Assembly (NCBI GenBank): GCA_041946865.1
Contig: JBHGBF010000042.1
Location: 31 to 64,030, forward strand
Direction: 5' to 3'
Length of the DNA: 64,000 nucleotides
Origin: Acidobacteriota bacterium
Lineage (GTDB): Bacteria; Acidobacteriota; UBA6911; RPQK01
Shown here: one piece after another, positions 1 to 10,570 of the stretch
Layout: each line of letters begins with the position of its first letter
How positions within the stretch are numbered: position 1 is the first letter of the stretch
The notes under the pieces: generated by a model
Databases searched by the model: none
Seen by the model: only the letters and a program-made list of their open reading frames with translations
What the model was told of the DNA's origin: nothing
Program-made: the position numbers and the translations under genes

Positions 1-230
1 GCCTCCAACGGGTTTGCATCACACCCTCGACTTCCTGAAGTTCTGAACAGACGGAGGGGCTAAGGGAGGGAGGGGCGAAGGGAGGAAGGGGCGGGGGGAC
101 CCGGTCAGATGTAGGCGACTTCTTTCGGAAGGTCCTTCCCAGACTCGGCTTGAACGACAAAGAGGCTGAGGTTCATCGCAGCCTGGTTGCCCGGAGAGGC
201 TCCCGAAAGTCGCCGGAAAATCTCAAGCAG

Positions 231-1934
231 CTACTTCAGGCTCATCAACCTGGGCCCGGCTGCGCACACTTCGCTGCTAGCCTCCGATTCAAATGGGCGA
301 AAGGCCTCGGCAAAACGCTCGGCCAATTCCGCCGCCTTGCGATCGTAGTCGGGAGGGTCCCGCCAGGTGCTGCGCGGTCTTAGAACTTCCCTGGGAACAC
401 CCGGGATCTCTGCGGGGACTTGCAGGCGAAAAACCGGGTCTTCTTCAAACCGGGAGTGGGCGAGGGCGCCCGCATAGACGCTCTGTATCATCGCGCGAGT
501 GAAGGGCAGGTGGATGCGCTTCCCTTCGCCGTACCGCCCACCGGTCCAGCCGGTGTTGACGAGCCAGACCTCTGCGTTGTGACGCGCAATGCGGTCACCC
601 AACATGTGGGCGTAAAGGGTCGGGGAATGAACCATAAAAGGGGCGCCGAAGCAGGCGCTGAAGGTCGCCTCCGGCTCCTTGACACCTCTCTCGGTGCCGG
701 CCACCTTGGCTGTATAACCAAGGAGAAAGTAGTAAATGGCCTGCTCGCGCGTCAGCCTGGCGATGGGAGGAAGAACCCCGAAGGCATCGGCTGTCAGGAA
801 GAAGACATATTTCGGGTGTCCAGCTACCCCGCTCCGGTCGGCATTCTCGAGGTGCGAGATCGGGAAGGCGGCGCGAGTGTTCTCCGTGAGGCTGTCGTCG
901 TCCAGATTCAGGCGGCGGGTCTGCCGGTCGATGGTGACGTTTTCCAGGATCGTTCCAAACTTCCGAGTGGTCTCGAAGATCTCCGGCTCATGGTCTCTGG
1001 AGATGCGGATGACTTTCGCGTAGCAGCCCCCCTCGAGATTGAAGATCCCGTCGTCGCTCCAGCCATGCTCATCGTCACCGATCAGTGTCCGGCGGGACTC
1101 AATCGACAAGGTTGTCTTCCCGGTGCCGGACAAGCCGAAGAACAGAGCCACGTCATCCCTGTCTTTCCCGTAGTTTGCGGAGCAGTGCATGGAAAGGACA
1201 TTCTTCAGGGGGAGAAGGTAGTTCATCATCGTGAAGACGGACTTTTTCATCTCGCCCGCATAGGAGGTTCCACCAATCAGGATCTCCCTGCGGCCGAAGT
1301 GAAGGATCACGAAGACCTCTGAGCGAGTGTGGTCGGATTCGGGAATCGCACGAAAGGCCGGAGCGTGGATGAGTGTGTACTCCGGTGTAAAGGCTTGAAG
1401 TTTCTCCCGGTCAAGCTCCCGGATGAACATGGTTCGGGCGAACATCGCGTGCCAGGCGGAGGGCGTAATCACGCGAATCGGAGTGCGGTAACGCTCGTCA
1501 GCGCCGGCATACAAAGACTGTACGAAAATGTCCCGGCCCTGGTAGTAGGCGAGGACCCGGTTGCGCAGGTCTTCGTAATTGTCTGGGGAGAACTTCTTAT
1601 TGACCGCGCCCCACCATATCTTCCCGCTGCTGCCTGGTTCCTCCACCAGGAATTTGTCCATGGGCGACCGCCCGGTATATTGACCCGTGCGAACCACCAG
1701 GGGCCCGAGGTGCGCGGTCAAACCTTCCTTGGTCCGAATGGCTTCCTCAAACAGGGCCGTTGTCGGCAGATCCCAGAAAATGTTCCCCAGGTTGACGAAT
1801 CCGAGGGCGGAAAGAGAATTGATCCCGTCAGGCACGACAATCCTCCTAGGGTTGCGCCAGAAAAAAGTCCTCCCTTTCGAGCTTCTTCGAAAAGGGGTGA
1901 CGGTCTGACAGCGGACCGAGCCGGCCGCGATCAC
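231..1934 (-). CDS. pckA: Phosphoenolpyruvate carboxykinase (ATP)
   Basis: The 567-aa translation aligns along its whole length to ATP-dependent PEPCK and carries the kinase-1a P-loop 'GLSGTGKTTLS' plus the 'CSANYG' and 'DDEHGW' signature regions. It starts with GTG and may carry ~30 extra N-terminal residues relative to E. coli PckA. Confidence 0.9.
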   Translation of the reverse strand: MIAAGSVRCQTVTPFRRSSKGRTFFWRNPRRIVVPDGINSLSALGFVNLGNIFWDLPTTALFEEAIRTKEGLTAHLGPLVVRTGQYTGRSPMDKFLVEEPGSSGKIWWGAVNKKFSPDNYEDLRNRVLAYYQGRDIFVQSLYAGADERYRTPIRVITPSAWHAMFARTMFIRELDREKLQAFTPEYTLIHAPAFRAIPESDHTRSEVFVILHFGRREILIGGTSYAGEMKKSVFTMMNYLLPLKNVLSMHCSANYGKDRDDVALFFGLSGTGKTTLSIESRRTLIGDDEHGWSDDGIFNLEGGCYAKVIRISRDHEPEIFETTRKFGTILENVTIDRQTRRLNLDDDSLTENTRAAFPISHLENADRSGVAGHPKYVFFLTADAFGVLPPIARLTREQAIYYFLLGYTAKVAGTERGVKEPEATFSACFGAPFMVHSPTLYAHMLGDRIARHNAEVWLVNTGWTGGRYGEGKRIHLPFTRAMIQSVYAGALAHSRFEEDPVFRLQVPAEIPGVPREVLRPRSTWRDPPDYDRKAAELAERFAEAFRPFESEASSEVCAAGPRLMSLK

Positions 1935-2104
1935 TTCTTTTTGACCATGATACAGGGGCAGTTTCGTTCAGACAACAGAAGCGGTCCACCGGCAAGGAAG
2001 GTTTGACACGCGCGTATGTGCGGTCCTAAGTCATTGAAAATGAAAGAGTGCAGCCCGGGTTGGACCCACTCGACCAGATCCGAGAGCTTCCTTGGCGCCC
2101 GCCC

Positions 2105-2794
2105 TCAGCTCTGCCCGGCGTGTTCGCGCAGTGCTCTGACTTTTTCAAAGTGCCGGATATCCTTTCCTTCCACCATAAACACGACCATCTCGGCCACATT
2201 CGAGCTGTGGTCGCCTACCCGCTCGACGTATTTGGCGATGGAGAAAAGGTGAGCCAGCGGAGGAATCAGCGTTCGATCACGGCTCATGGTGTCCACAATC
2301 TGGCTCCAGATGTGTGCGTGCATCTCATCGACCAGGTCGTCTTCGCGAATGACCTGCTGGGCCAGCTCGGCGTTGCGATTCACAAAAGCATCAAGGGACC
2401 GCTTGAGCATTGATTGTGCGATCGCGCCCATCGGAGCGAGGCCAAAGAACTCCGCCAAAGGAGGTTGCTTGAGGACCTCGAGTACGTGCTCGGAAATGTC
2501 CTTCGACATGTCTCCCACGCGCTCCAGGTCTTTCACGATCTTGAGCGAGGTGGCGATGAAGCGAAGATCGCGGGCGACGGGCTGCCGGCGGGCGAGGATC
2601 GAGAGACAGGCCTCGTCAATGTGGATCTCCCTGAAGTCGACAGAGGGATCGCGCAGTATGACTTCCTTCGCCAGGGTGGCGTCTCGGCTAAGCAACGAGT
2701 GAAGGGCGTCGCCGATGTTCCGTTCCACCTGGGCGCCGAGATCCAGCAGCGCGTGCTTGAGCTGGTCCAGTTCTTCTTCAAACTTTCTGTCCAT
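2105..2794 (-). CDS. phoU: Phosphate signalling complex protein PhoU
   Basis: 229 aa with the two PhoU repeats (paired 'DxxxD'-containing helices) and a typical PhoU N-terminus. It lies immediately downstream of pstB with a 1-nt gap. Confidence 0.85.
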   Translation of the reverse strand: MDRKFEEELDQLKHALLDLGAQVERNIGDALHSLLSRDATLAKEVILRDPSVDFREIHIDEACLSILARRQPVARDLRFIATSLKIVKDLERVGDMSKDISEHVLEVLKQPPLAEFFGLAPMGAIAQSMLKRSLDAFVNRNAELAQQVIREDDLVDEMHAHIWSQIVDTMSRDRTLIPPLAHLFSIAKYVERVGDHSSNVAEMVVFMVEGKDIRHFEKVRALREHAGQS

Positions 2795-2795
2795 G

Positions 2796-3611
2796 CTATC
2801 CGAACCTTCCCGTCACGTAGTCCTCGGTTCTCTGCTGACGAGGATTGGTAAAAATGATGTCGGTCTTGTCGATCTCAATGAGCTGACCCAGGTAAAAAAA
2901 GGCCGTAAGATCGCTTACGCGCGCCGCCTGCTGCATGTTGTGCGTGACAATGACGATCGCATAGTCCTTTTTCAGTTCCTGGATGAGATCTTCAATGCGG
3001 GCGGTGGCGATCGGGTCGAGGGCGCTCGCCGGCTCGTCCATGAGCAACACCTCCGGACGGATAGCAAGCGCCCGAGCGATGCACAGGCGTTGCTGCTGTC
3101 CTCCCGACAAGTCGAGCGCTGACGACTTGAGCCGGTCTTTCACCTCCTCCCAGATGGCCGCCTGTCGGAGGCTTTGTTCCACCCTCGCCTCGATGTCCCG
3201 CTTATCCTTCCAGCCGTTGACCCTGAGCCCGTAGGCCACGTTGTCATAGATGGACTTCGGGAACGGGTTCGACTTTTGGAAGACCATGCCTACTCGGCAG
3301 CGCAGCTCGACGACATCCATCTCGGGGCCATAGATATCCTGACCGTCCAAAAAGACCTTTCCGCCGACGCGAGCGCCCGGGATGATATCGTTCATCCGGT
3401 TCAGACAACGGAGAAACGTCGATTTGCCACAGCCGGAGGGCCCGATCAGGCCCGTGACCCGGTTGGAAGGGATGGTTATGTTGATATCCGAGAGCGCCTT
3501 CTTTTCGCCATAGAAGAAGTCCAGGCCCCTGGTCTCAATCTTGGGCTGGGCGGGTGGCTGGGCCGGATGTTTGTCGTCTTCTCTTGCTCGGGCTTCGGCC
3601 GGCAGCTTCAT
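2796..3611 (-). CDS. pstB: Phosphate ABC transporter ATP-binding protein PstB
   Basis: Walker A 'GPSGCGKST', ABC signature 'LSGGQQQRL' and Walker B '[11 protein letters not shown]'. The track ORF runs to 3743, but the internal ATG at 3611 gives a ~271-aa product and forms an ATGA overlap with the pstA stop. Confidence 0.85.
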   Translation of the reverse strand: MKLPAEARAREDDKHPAQPPAQPKIETRGLDFFYGEKKALSDINITIPSNRVTGLIGPSGCGKSTFLRCLNRMNDIIPGARVGGKVFLDGQDIYGPEMDVVELRCRVGMVFQKSNPFPKSIYDNVAYGLRVNGWKDKRDIEARVEQSLRQAAIWEEVKDRLKSSALDLSGGQQQRLCIARALAIRPEVLLMDEPASALDPIATARIEDLIQELKKDYAIVIVTHNMQQAARVSDLTAFFYLGQLIEIDKTDIIFTNPRQQRTEDYVTGRFG

Positions 3612-4504
3612 TGTGCATGCCTCTTCTGATAACGGTTGCGCAGCCAGATGGCAATCGCGTTCATAAGGATCAGCAGCGGGAGGAGAACGGCAATCGCCGC
3701 GGCCGCATTCGCGTGAAATCCGGCCTGTGGGCGCGACACCCAATTGAATATCTGGATGGGAAGCACGGTAAAGGGGGAGAACAGACTGTCAGGCACGAAG
3801 GAAACGTAAGTGATCGCCCCAATGGTGATCAAGGGCGCAGTCTCTCCAATTGCCCGCGAAAGACCCAAAATGGCGCTCGTCAAAATACCCGGCAGGGCCA
3901 TCGGCAGTACCTGATAACGGATTGTCTGCCAGCGGGTCGCTCCCAAGGCGTACGAAGCTTCGCGAATTGAGTCGGGAACCGTCCGCAACGCCTCCCTGCA
4001 TCCAATAATGATCACCGGCAGCACCAGGAGGGCGAGGGTCAAGGCGCCGGCCAACAGGCTGCGACCCAGGGCCAGGAATCGAACGAAAATGGCCAGGCCG
4101 AGAAGCCCGTAAATGATCGATGGGACACCAGCCAGGTTCGCAATGTTGATGTCGATCAGACTTGAAAACCAACCGAGCCCGAATCCGCCCTTTTCGCCGT
4201 ACTCTTCCAGGTAGATGGCAGCGCCAACCCCAACGGGGAAGGAGAACAAAGCGGTCAGGAGCATGACGTAAAGAGTGCCGAGCACGGCGGGTAGCACTCC
4301 GGCCCGCTCCGGGAAGCGCGACGGGTAACCGGTAAGAAAGCTCCAGCCGAGGCGCGACATACCGTCCACGACCACACTTGCGAGCAGGAGCGCAAGAACC
4401 AGGAGGGCGCCAGCGAGAATCGCCAGGCAGACGATCTGAAAAAGAAGTTCTTTCCAGAACCTCGCACCCGCCGGCCAGGGCGGCGCGACTGACTGGCTGC
4501 TCAT
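3608..4504 (-). CDS. pstA: Phosphate ABC transporter permease PstA
   Basis: 298-aa polytopic permease carrying the conserved ABC-permease EAA-like loop. It sits in the pstSCAB order and overlaps pstC and pstB by ATGA. Confidence 0.85.
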   Translation of the reverse strand: MSSQSVAPPWPAGARFWKELLFQIVCLAILAGALLVLALLLASVVVDGMSRLGWSFLTGYPSRFPERAGVLPAVLGTLYVMLLTALFSFPVGVGAAIYLEEYGEKGGFGLGWFSSLIDINIANLAGVPSIIYGLLGLAIFVRFLALGRSLLAGALTLALLVLPVIIIGCREALRTVPDSIREASYALGATRWQTIRYQVLPMALPGILTSAILGLSRAIGETAPLITIGAITYVSFVPDSLFSPFTVLPIQIFNWVSRPQAGFHANAAAAIAVLLPLLILMNAIAIWLRNRYQKRHAQ

Positions 4505-5403
4505 CGATACACCTCCCGAAAACGCGCCCTTAACCTCTGACTCAGGATGTTCAGAAACAGGGTGGTCAAGAAGAGCATCATGCCCACGACGAAGATCGTT
4601 TTGTATTCCAGAGTACCGACCGGCGTATCTCCCATACTGACCTGCACGATGTAAGCGGTCATGGTCTCGATCGGGACCAGCGGATTCGCAGTCAGCCTTG
4701 GCTGTTGACCTGCCGCGATCGCCACGATCATGGTTTCACCTATCGCCCGGGATACAGCCACGATGAAAGAGGCGGTTATGCCCGAAAAGGCTGCGGGAAG
4801 AACGATTCGGAAAGAAACCTGGAGTTTCGTGGAGCCGAGGGCGTAGGCGGCTTCCCGAAGGCTTCGCGGCGCCGCGTGCAGGGCGTCTTCGCTCAGTGAC
4901 GATACGAGCGGCAGGATCATGATGCCCATGACGATGCCGGGTGAAAGGGCGTTGAATCCGGCCAGTCCGGGGATAAATCTCTGCAAGAGCGGGGTGACGA
5001 CAAGGAGCGCGAAATACCCGTAAACCACGGTCGGAATCCCCGCGAGGATCTCCAAGACCGGCTTGACGATTCGCCGCATCCGGTCAGGCGCGTATTCGCT
5101 CAGGTAAAGCGCCGAGACCAGGCCGGCCGGCAGCGCCACGAGCATCGCGATGCCTGAAATCAGGACCGTCCCGGCCAGCAGCGGCCAGATGCCAAAGCGC
5201 TTCTGCGCAAAAAGCGGCGTCCACTCGGTGTCGGCGAAGAAGCTGACGAGCGAGACTTCATGGAAGAAATCGACAGTCTCGAACACCAGAACAAGAACAA
5301 TACCGAGCGTTGTCAGGATCGAGAGGCTGGCGCAAAACAGCAGAAACAGCTCAATCCCCCTCTCGCGCCCACCGGCCTTGCAGCTCTTCGAAAAGAGTCT
5401 CAT
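4501..5403 (-). CDS. pstC: Phosphate ABC transporter permease PstC
   Basis: 300-aa polytopic permease between pstS and pstA with ATGA start/stop overlaps on both sides. Confidence 0.85.
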   Translation of the reverse strand: MRLFSKSCKAGGRERGIELFLLFCASLSILTTLGIVLVLVFETVDFFHEVSLVSFFADTEWTPLFAQKRFGIWPLLAGTVLISGIAMLVALPAGLVSALYLSEYAPDRMRRIVKPVLEILAGIPTVVYGYFALLVVTPLLQRFIPGLAGFNALSPGIVMGIMILPLVSSLSEDALHAAPRSLREAAYALGSTKLQVSFRIVLPAAFSGITASFIVAVSRAIGETMIVAIAAGQQPRLTANPLVPIETMTAYIVQVSMGDTPVGTLEYKTIFVVGMMLFLTTLFLNILSQRLRARFREVYR

Positions 5404-6443
5404 TCAGCCGCGCCTGACTCCTTTCTCAGCAAGTCCTCAACCGACACGCCGACCTGAGACCCGCCGGCAAACACGGTACCCGTGATTTTTCTCTCCACTC
5501 TTTCCTGCACCAGCCGGTAGGCCTCGCCAGGCAGCGGAATGTAGCCGACCTGGCCGACAAGCGCGGCGGCATTCTCGAGGTAGAAGTCGACGAAACGCGA
5601 GACCTCGGGCCGGTCGAGAGCCTGCCTGCGGATGTAGATGAAAATCGGGCGCGAAAGCGGCTGGTAGGTGGCATTCTTAACCGTCTCCACCGACGGGACG
5701 ATTGGTCCGTTCCCGTTTTCCGGCTTGGCGTCATCAAGCGGGACGACTCGCAGCCGGTCCTTGTTCTCTTCGTAGTAGGCGTATCCGAAGAAGCCCAGTG
5801 CCAGCTCGTCGGCCGCAATCCCCTGGACCAGCACATTGTCGTCCTCGCTTGAGGTGAAGTCGCCCCGGCTGGCCCCTTCTTCACCGACTATGGCGCCGGT
5901 GAAGTAATCGTAGGTGCCGGAATCCACCCCCGGGCCGAACAGGTGAATCTCCCGGTCTGGCCAGTCCGGCCGGACCTGGTTCCATCGAGTCACCTTCTTT
6001 TGAGCGGAGGGTTCCCAGAGACGCTTCAACTCCTGGACGGTTATGCTCCGACACCAGGTGTTCCTCGGGTTGACGACTATGGCGATTCCGTCATAGGCGA
6101 CAGGGAGCTCGACGAAATCGACACGGTTCTGACGCGCCATCTGAAGCTCCGAGTCCTTGATCGGCCGCGAAGCGTCGCAGATGTCGATCTCGCCCCGGCT
6201 GAATTTCTTAAATCCCCCACCGGTGCCTGAAACCCCGACGGTGACTTTGACATTCGCTTGTTCCCGCCCGAATTCCTCGGCCATCGCCTCGGTGATAGGG
6301 AAAACCGTGCTGGAGCCGTCCACCGTGATACTGCCGGCGAGCTTGCCGGCGTCCGTTTTGGCCCCGCCCGCCCCACAGCCCGGAAAGGCAAGCAGGCCCA
6401 AAACCAGGCCGATACTGAGTAAGCCCCAAAACCGTGCTTTCAT
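5400..6443 (-). CDS. pstS: Phosphate ABC transporter substrate-binding protein PstS
   Basis: 347 aa with an N-terminal lipoprotein-like signal ('[10 protein letters not shown]') and a PBP superfamily fold including the 'GSGTGG'-like region. A GGAGG ribosome-binding site precedes the ATG. Confidence 0.85.
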   Translation of the reverse strand: MKARFWGLLSIGLVLGLLAFPGCGAGGAKTDAGKLAGSITVDGSSTVFPITEAMAEEFGREQANVKVTVGVSGTGGGFKKFSRGEIDICDASRPIKDSELQMARQNRVDFVELPVAYDGIAIVVNPRNTWCRSITVQELKRLWEPSAQKKVTRWNQVRPDWPDREIHLFGPGVDSGTYDYFTGAIVGEEGASRGDFTSSEDDNVLVQGIAADELALGFFGYAYYEENKDRLRVVPLDDAKPENGNGPIVPSVETVKNATYQPLSRPIFIYIRRQALDRPEVSRFVDFYLENAAALVGQVGYIPLPGEAYRLVQERVERKITGTVFAGGSQVGVSVEDLLRKESGAAE

Positions 6444-6506
6444 GCTTCCTCCACGAGAATAGGATCAAACTTTCTTGTAAAGATCGGATAAAGAACGGAC
6501 GAGGGA

Positions 6507-7739
6507 CTAAAAATCGACTTGGAAGCGCATCTGGAGTATATCGGCGGCGCCGCGGCCTTCCAGGGCTGCCCTGACGTAGTTCCACATGATCCGGCTGTTC
6601 GCATTCAGATACCAGTTCAGTCCCGCAGTCAGGTCTTTGAGTACTCCGCCCGTGACCGGTCCGTCGTTCAGATCGACCTTCGAGTATCGAACGCCAACTT
6701 CCCAAGCTCCAGTACCATCCTCTCTGGACGGAAAGGTGCTCCGGGGGCGGACGCGGCTGAAGGCGGCGTCCGAGGGCCGGTAGCTTCGGTTCTCGCCTGT
6801 CAGAAAAACGCTCCCAAGTACGTAAAAGCCACCCAATGTGGGTCCCGTCCGGCCGACGCCGTTTGGCAGTTCGGTATCTGCCCGAATATATTCCGCTTGG
6901 ATTGACGTCGGTCCGTAGACGAGGGCCGCCTCTGTGCCGATAAGGTTCAGGGCCTCCGCCGGGAACACTCCGGTGTCGACAAAGCGCGGAGCCAGGTGGG
7001 CCTCGGGACGCTCCCGGAACCGGAAGCTTGAGGCGATGTTCCGCCGACTGTAGGCCACGCCCAGATGCAACAGTCTGCGGCCCTCGTCGGCGAACCAGGA
7101 CACAGCGGTTACCCGCCCGGTCACGGCCCAGTTTTCGTCTCCCATAGCAATTCCGAAGTCATTTGTGTCTTTGAAAACGCCTGCCGCCCAGCTTATCCGC
7201 TCCCCCAGTTCCCGGTCATGAATCATGATCCCCGTATGGCGCGAGGGAACGAAGGCATTGGCCAGAGAACGTTCCATGAAAGTTATGAAATTCGAGCTTG
7301 TTTGTTCTTCGAGCCCAAACGGCTCCTTGAACTGGCCGAAACGGATGTTGCCGATACCCTTTAATTTGCGGAGGCCGACGTATACATCGCGAAAAGCCGC
7401 ATCCCCGGTGGCGAAGTCGAATTGCGCCTTGAACTCCACGTTTTCGTAGGTCACGCCGGAGAGTGAGACCCGGGCCCGCCGAAATTCGGTTCCGTCCGTC
7501 ATTTCCCCGAATTGAGAGGTCAGAGGTTCTGCGGCTTCCATGACGGTCCAGTCGTTGTGAATGCGGCCTCCGATCTGAACTTCAAAACGCCCGTCGGCTG
7601 TCGTGAGCCGAAGTCCGTCTTTCCACTGAAAGAGCAGCACAACGTTGTCGGCTTTCTTCCCGGCTTCCTTGGCGGCTTGACCGAAAATGGACACGAGAAG
7701 CAGTGAAAACGCGCACACCAGCATGACTGTCCTTTGCAT
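6507..7739 (-). CDS. Phosphate-selective porin (OprO/OprP family)
   Basis: 410 aa with a signal peptide and a C-terminal aromatic residue (…QVDF) typical of outer-membrane beta-barrels; it resembles porin O/P. The gene sits between phoB and pstS and is preceded by Pho-box-like repeats. Confidence 0.7.
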   Translation of the reverse strand: MQRTVMLVCAFSLLLVSIFGQAAKEAGKKADNVVLLFQWKDGLRLTTADGRFEVQIGGRIHNDWTVMEAAEPLTSQFGEMTDGTEFRRARVSLSGVTYENVEFKAQFDFATGDAAFRDVYVGLRKLKGIGNIRFGQFKEPFGLEEQTSSNFITFMERSLANAFVPSRHTGIMIHDRELGERISWAAGVFKDTNDFGIAMGDENWAVTGRVTAVSWFADEGRRLLHLGVAYSRRNIASSFRFRERPEAHLAPRFVDTGVFPAEALNLIGTEAALVYGPTSIQAEYIRADTELPNGVGRTGPTLGGFYVLGSVFLTGENRSYRPSDAAFSRVRPRSTFPSREDGTGAWEVGVRYSKVDLNDGPVTGGVLKDLTAGLNWYLNANSRIMWNYVRAALEGRGAADILQMRFQVDF

Positions 7740-7782
7740 GGAGCGACTCTACGATCCCGGAATCAAGGCTGGATAAAGGCAG

Positions 7783-7891
7783 TGTGAAGATTCGATGAAG
7801 GGGAGGGAAGCTCCTGGAGCGACGATCGGCTTCGAGATACAGTGGTTAACATCGTGTAAGGATTCGATGAAGGGGAGGGAAATTCCTGGAG
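7783..7891 (-). promoter_or_regulatory. Tandem Pho-box-like PhoB binding sites upstream of the porin-pst operon
   Basis: Two ~37-bp direct repeats separated by 71 bp. Read on the minus strand, each contains a 7-4-7 motif, CTTCATC-GAAT-CTTCACA and CTTCATC-GAAT-CCTTACA. This resembles the Pho-box consensus CTGTCAT-N4-CTGTCAC and lies 45-150 nt upstream of the porin start. Confidence 0.5.
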
Positions 7892-7995
7892 ATGGGGCGA
7901 GGCCGAAGCTTGTCAAAGGCCCTTCAACCTTTGTGTGGCGCAGGAACCGTCGTCGCGGACCTTCGGACGTCTTGTATCAGGGCCGAGAAGCCGCC

Positions 7996-8679
7996 TTACT
8001 GCCGGTACTTGTACCCCACACCTCGGACGGTGACGATCAGGTCTCGACGCTCGCCCAGCTTCTGGCGGATGGACCGGATATGCACGTCGATGTTCCGGTC
8101 GATAACGAATGTCGCTCCATCGCTGATCCGGTCGAGCAACTGATCGCGGGTAAACACCCGCCCTGGACGGGATGCCAGGGCCTTCAGCACCCGAAACTCG
8201 GTTAACGTCAGTCGCAACGGTTTTCCATCCACCTCGGCTTCATGCCGAGCGGAATCAATCACCAGGGGCCCGGTTCGAAGAGTATCGGGCTCCGGGCGCT
8301 GCTCCGACCCGGCACGTCTCAGGACTGCCCGGATGCGCGCCAACAGCTCCTTGATGCTGAAGGGCTTTACAAGGTAATCATCGGCGCCCATTTCCAGACC
8401 CACAACGATATCGCTCTCTTCGCCCTTGGCGGTCACGATGATCAGAGGGATGGAGCGGCAGTCTTCCCGCTCTTTCAGTTGGCGGCAGACTTCCAGGCCT
8501 TGAATGCCCGGCAGCATGAGATCGAGCAGGATCAGCGACGGCGCGTTCCGGGAGGCCGCACTCAAGCCCCTTTCGCCGTCTGCTGTCTGCCGCACCTCGA
8601 AACCTTCCTTCTGAAGGTTGTAGAAAAGCAATTCGCGGATATCGGGATCGTCCTCGATGATCAGGATCGATTGCCTCAT
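7996..8679 (-). CDS. phoB: Phosphate regulon response regulator PhoB (OmpR family)
   Basis: Receiver domain ('ILIIEDDPDIREL', 'LILLDLMLPG') plus a winged-helix OmpR/PhoB output domain. Start was set at the internal ATG 8679 (227 aa), 7 nt after the phoR stop. Confidence 0.85.
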   Translation of the reverse strand: MRQSILIIEDDPDIRELLFYNLQKEGFEVRQTADGERGLSAASRNAPSLILLDLMLPGIQGLEVCRQLKEREDCRSIPLIIVTAKGEESDIVVGLEMGADDYLVKPFSIKELLARIRAVLRRAGSEQRPEPDTLRTGPLVIDSARHEAEVDGKPLRLTLTEFRVLKALASRPGRVFTRDQLLDRISDGATFVIDRNIDVHIRSIRQKLGERRDLIVTVRGVGYKYRQ

Positions 8680-8686
8680 CGTGCGC

Positions 8687-10408
8687 TCACTGGGGCAGTG
8701 TAAACGAGACCTTCGTCCCGCGTCCGACTTCGCTCTCCGCCCACACCCTTCCCCCATGCAATTCCACAATGTGTTTGACCAACGCCAGGCCTACTCCCGC
8801 GCCTCCGCCTTCCCGCGAACGACCTTTGGAGACACGGTAAAACCGTTCAAAAATCCGGCCCAGGTCCTCGGCGGGGATACCAATTCCAGTGTCGCATACT
8901 GAGACCATGACATCCTGTCCGAGCCGCCGCGCCTCGACCCGGACCCGGCCCTTTTCAGTGTATTTCAGGGCGTTCTCCAGCAGGTTCGCAAAAACCCTCC
9001 TCAGATGCTCCTCACTGCCCAGGATGCCATCGTCGGGCAGGAAGGATTCGAACTCCAGATCGATCCCCTTCGCAGAGAACCAAGAGGAGAAATCCCCTTC
9101 GAGATCGGCCATCAGAGCGTGCATCGAGATGTTTCTGCGGGTCAACGCCTGGGAATTGCTCTCGAGTCGCGCCAGCTTGAAGAGGTCGTCCAGCAGCTGG
9201 GAGAGCGACTGGGCGTGCCGATGGATCTTCTCCAGAAAGGACTTCTGAGTCGACGTGAGCCCCTCTTCCGCGAGCAAGGTCTCCGAATAACCTGCAATCG
9301 AGGTGAGAGGAGTCTTGAGTTCGTGGGAGACGTTTGTGAGGAAGTCTCTTCGGACTGATTCGAGGGATCGGAGTCGCGTGATGTCGTGAACAATCATCAC
9401 CACGCCGGACGGACGCGGTCCCAGGCCGATCGGGGAGAAACGCGCCAGTACGCTCCTCTCCCCGATCCGGGCCTCAACTTCCCGCTGCTGGTTCTGTTCG
9501 AGCGCCGCATCGATGCCGCTTTGGATCTCTGGGTTGCGGACCGCCTCCAGTGGCCGGCGCCCTTCCGGTTCTTCCACGGTTCTTAATAACTGGCGGAAGG
9601 CGGGATTCACCTTGACGATTCGGCCCCGCCGGTCGGTAACCATAACCGCCTCCGGCATGCTGGAGAGAACCGCGGCGAGGTTCTTTCGCTCGGACTCGAG
9701 GGCGGCAAGTTGTTGGCTGATCGCCCGTGAAGCGGCCTCCGTGGCTCGGGCGACGTCTCCAAGCAGGTCGCTACTCGGTATGTGGATCGTCGTCTCCGAT
9801 CCTGCGGCGAGGCGGGTCAGGGCCGCGGTCACTTCCCTTTTGGCCTTTGAGAAGGCCGAGGCGGGCGGGACCAGGAGCACAATCGCCAGAACCAGGAGAA
9901 GGCCGAGCAAGCCGAGCATGGCCGGGAGCAGCTCCGGGGAAATCCACGGCTCGGACGGCAACTCGATTGCCAGTCTGATGATCCCCTGTCTTGATTCCAG
10001 GGGCGCAGCGGCGTACAGAAGCCACCGGCCCGTGCTCGTGCTGTAGCGATATCGGCTGCCCGTCTTTCCGCCGGCAGCGGCAATCACCTCGGCCCGATTG
10101 CCGTGGTTTTCCAGGCGCCGGAGGCCCGTACCCGAGAAGGCCGAATCTGCGAGGACGTTTCCGGCACGGTCCATCACGGTGACCCGGAAAGGAAGTCCGC
10201 GACTGGCCTCGTCGATCTCGGCATCCAGCCGGGCGGGGTCGGCTATCACGAACAAGCGAGACAGGAGCTGTGCGTCCTGTTCGAGGTGCTTCACGGCTGC
10301 CGTTCTGGTCGCGTCTTGCTTTCTGCGTTCGGCCTGGTAGAAGCACACCGCAAGGCCAAGGAGGACGCACACCGCGAATACGACAGCCCTTCTTACGCTG
10401 ACGGCCAT
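8687..10408 (-). CDS. phoR: Phosphate regulon sensor histidine kinase PhoR
   Basis: 573 aa with an N-terminal transmembrane segment, a PAS domain, the H-box 'SHELKTPLTSI', N/G boxes ('CDTGIGIP', 'GGAGVGLALVKHIV') and partner phoB immediately downstream. Confidence 0.85.
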   Translation of the reverse strand: MAVSVRRAVVFAVCVLLGLAVCFYQAERRKQDATRTAAVKHLEQDAQLLSRLFVIADPARLDAEIDEASRGLPFRVTVMDRAGNVLADSAFSGTGLRRLENHGNRAEVIAAAGGKTGSRYRYSTSTGRWLLYAAAPLESRQGIIRLAIELPSEPWISPELLPAMLGLLGLLLVLAIVLLVPPASAFSKAKREVTAALTRLAAGSETTIHIPSSDLLGDVARATEAASRAISQQLAALESERKNLAAVLSSMPEAVMVTDRRGRIVKVNPAFRQLLRTVEEPEGRRPLEAVRNPEIQSGIDAALEQNQQREVEARIGERSVLARFSPIGLGPRPSGVVMIVHDITRLRSLESVRRDFLTNVSHELKTPLTSIAGYSETLLAEEGLTSTQKSFLEKIHRHAQSLSQLLDDLFKLARLESNSQALTRRNISMHALMADLEGDFSSWFSAKGIDLEFESFLPDDGILGSEEHLRRVFANLLENALKYTEKGRVRVEARRLGQDVMVSVCDTGIGIPAEDLGRIFERFYRVSKGRSREGGGAGVGLALVKHIVELHGGRVWAESEVGRGTKVSFTLPQ

Positions 10409-10570
10409 GTCAGTAGCCCCCTGAGCCGGCTACGTTACTCCGGGGCCTTCAGGGTCATCAAGAGCAGGTTGAAATCGGCTGGACAGGACGATCAAACGAT
10501 TCGCCCGGTCAAGCGACCTGCGCGAGATGGGCCCGTCGAAGCCCCGCATCCCCGGTCCCGCCGGGTCGCT

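Noticed and set aside
420-1322. 300-aa plus-strand ORF (and the 150-383 and 293-502 ORFs) overlapping pckA
   Set aside because: They lie antisense to a gene with strong PEPCK homology. High GC content generates long spurious antisense ORFs, and these have no recognisable motifs.
7783-7891. Possible CRISPR array from the 71-bp-period repeats
   Set aside because: Only two repeat units, with no cas genes and no spacer-like unique segments of regular length. Position and motif fit PhoB sites better.
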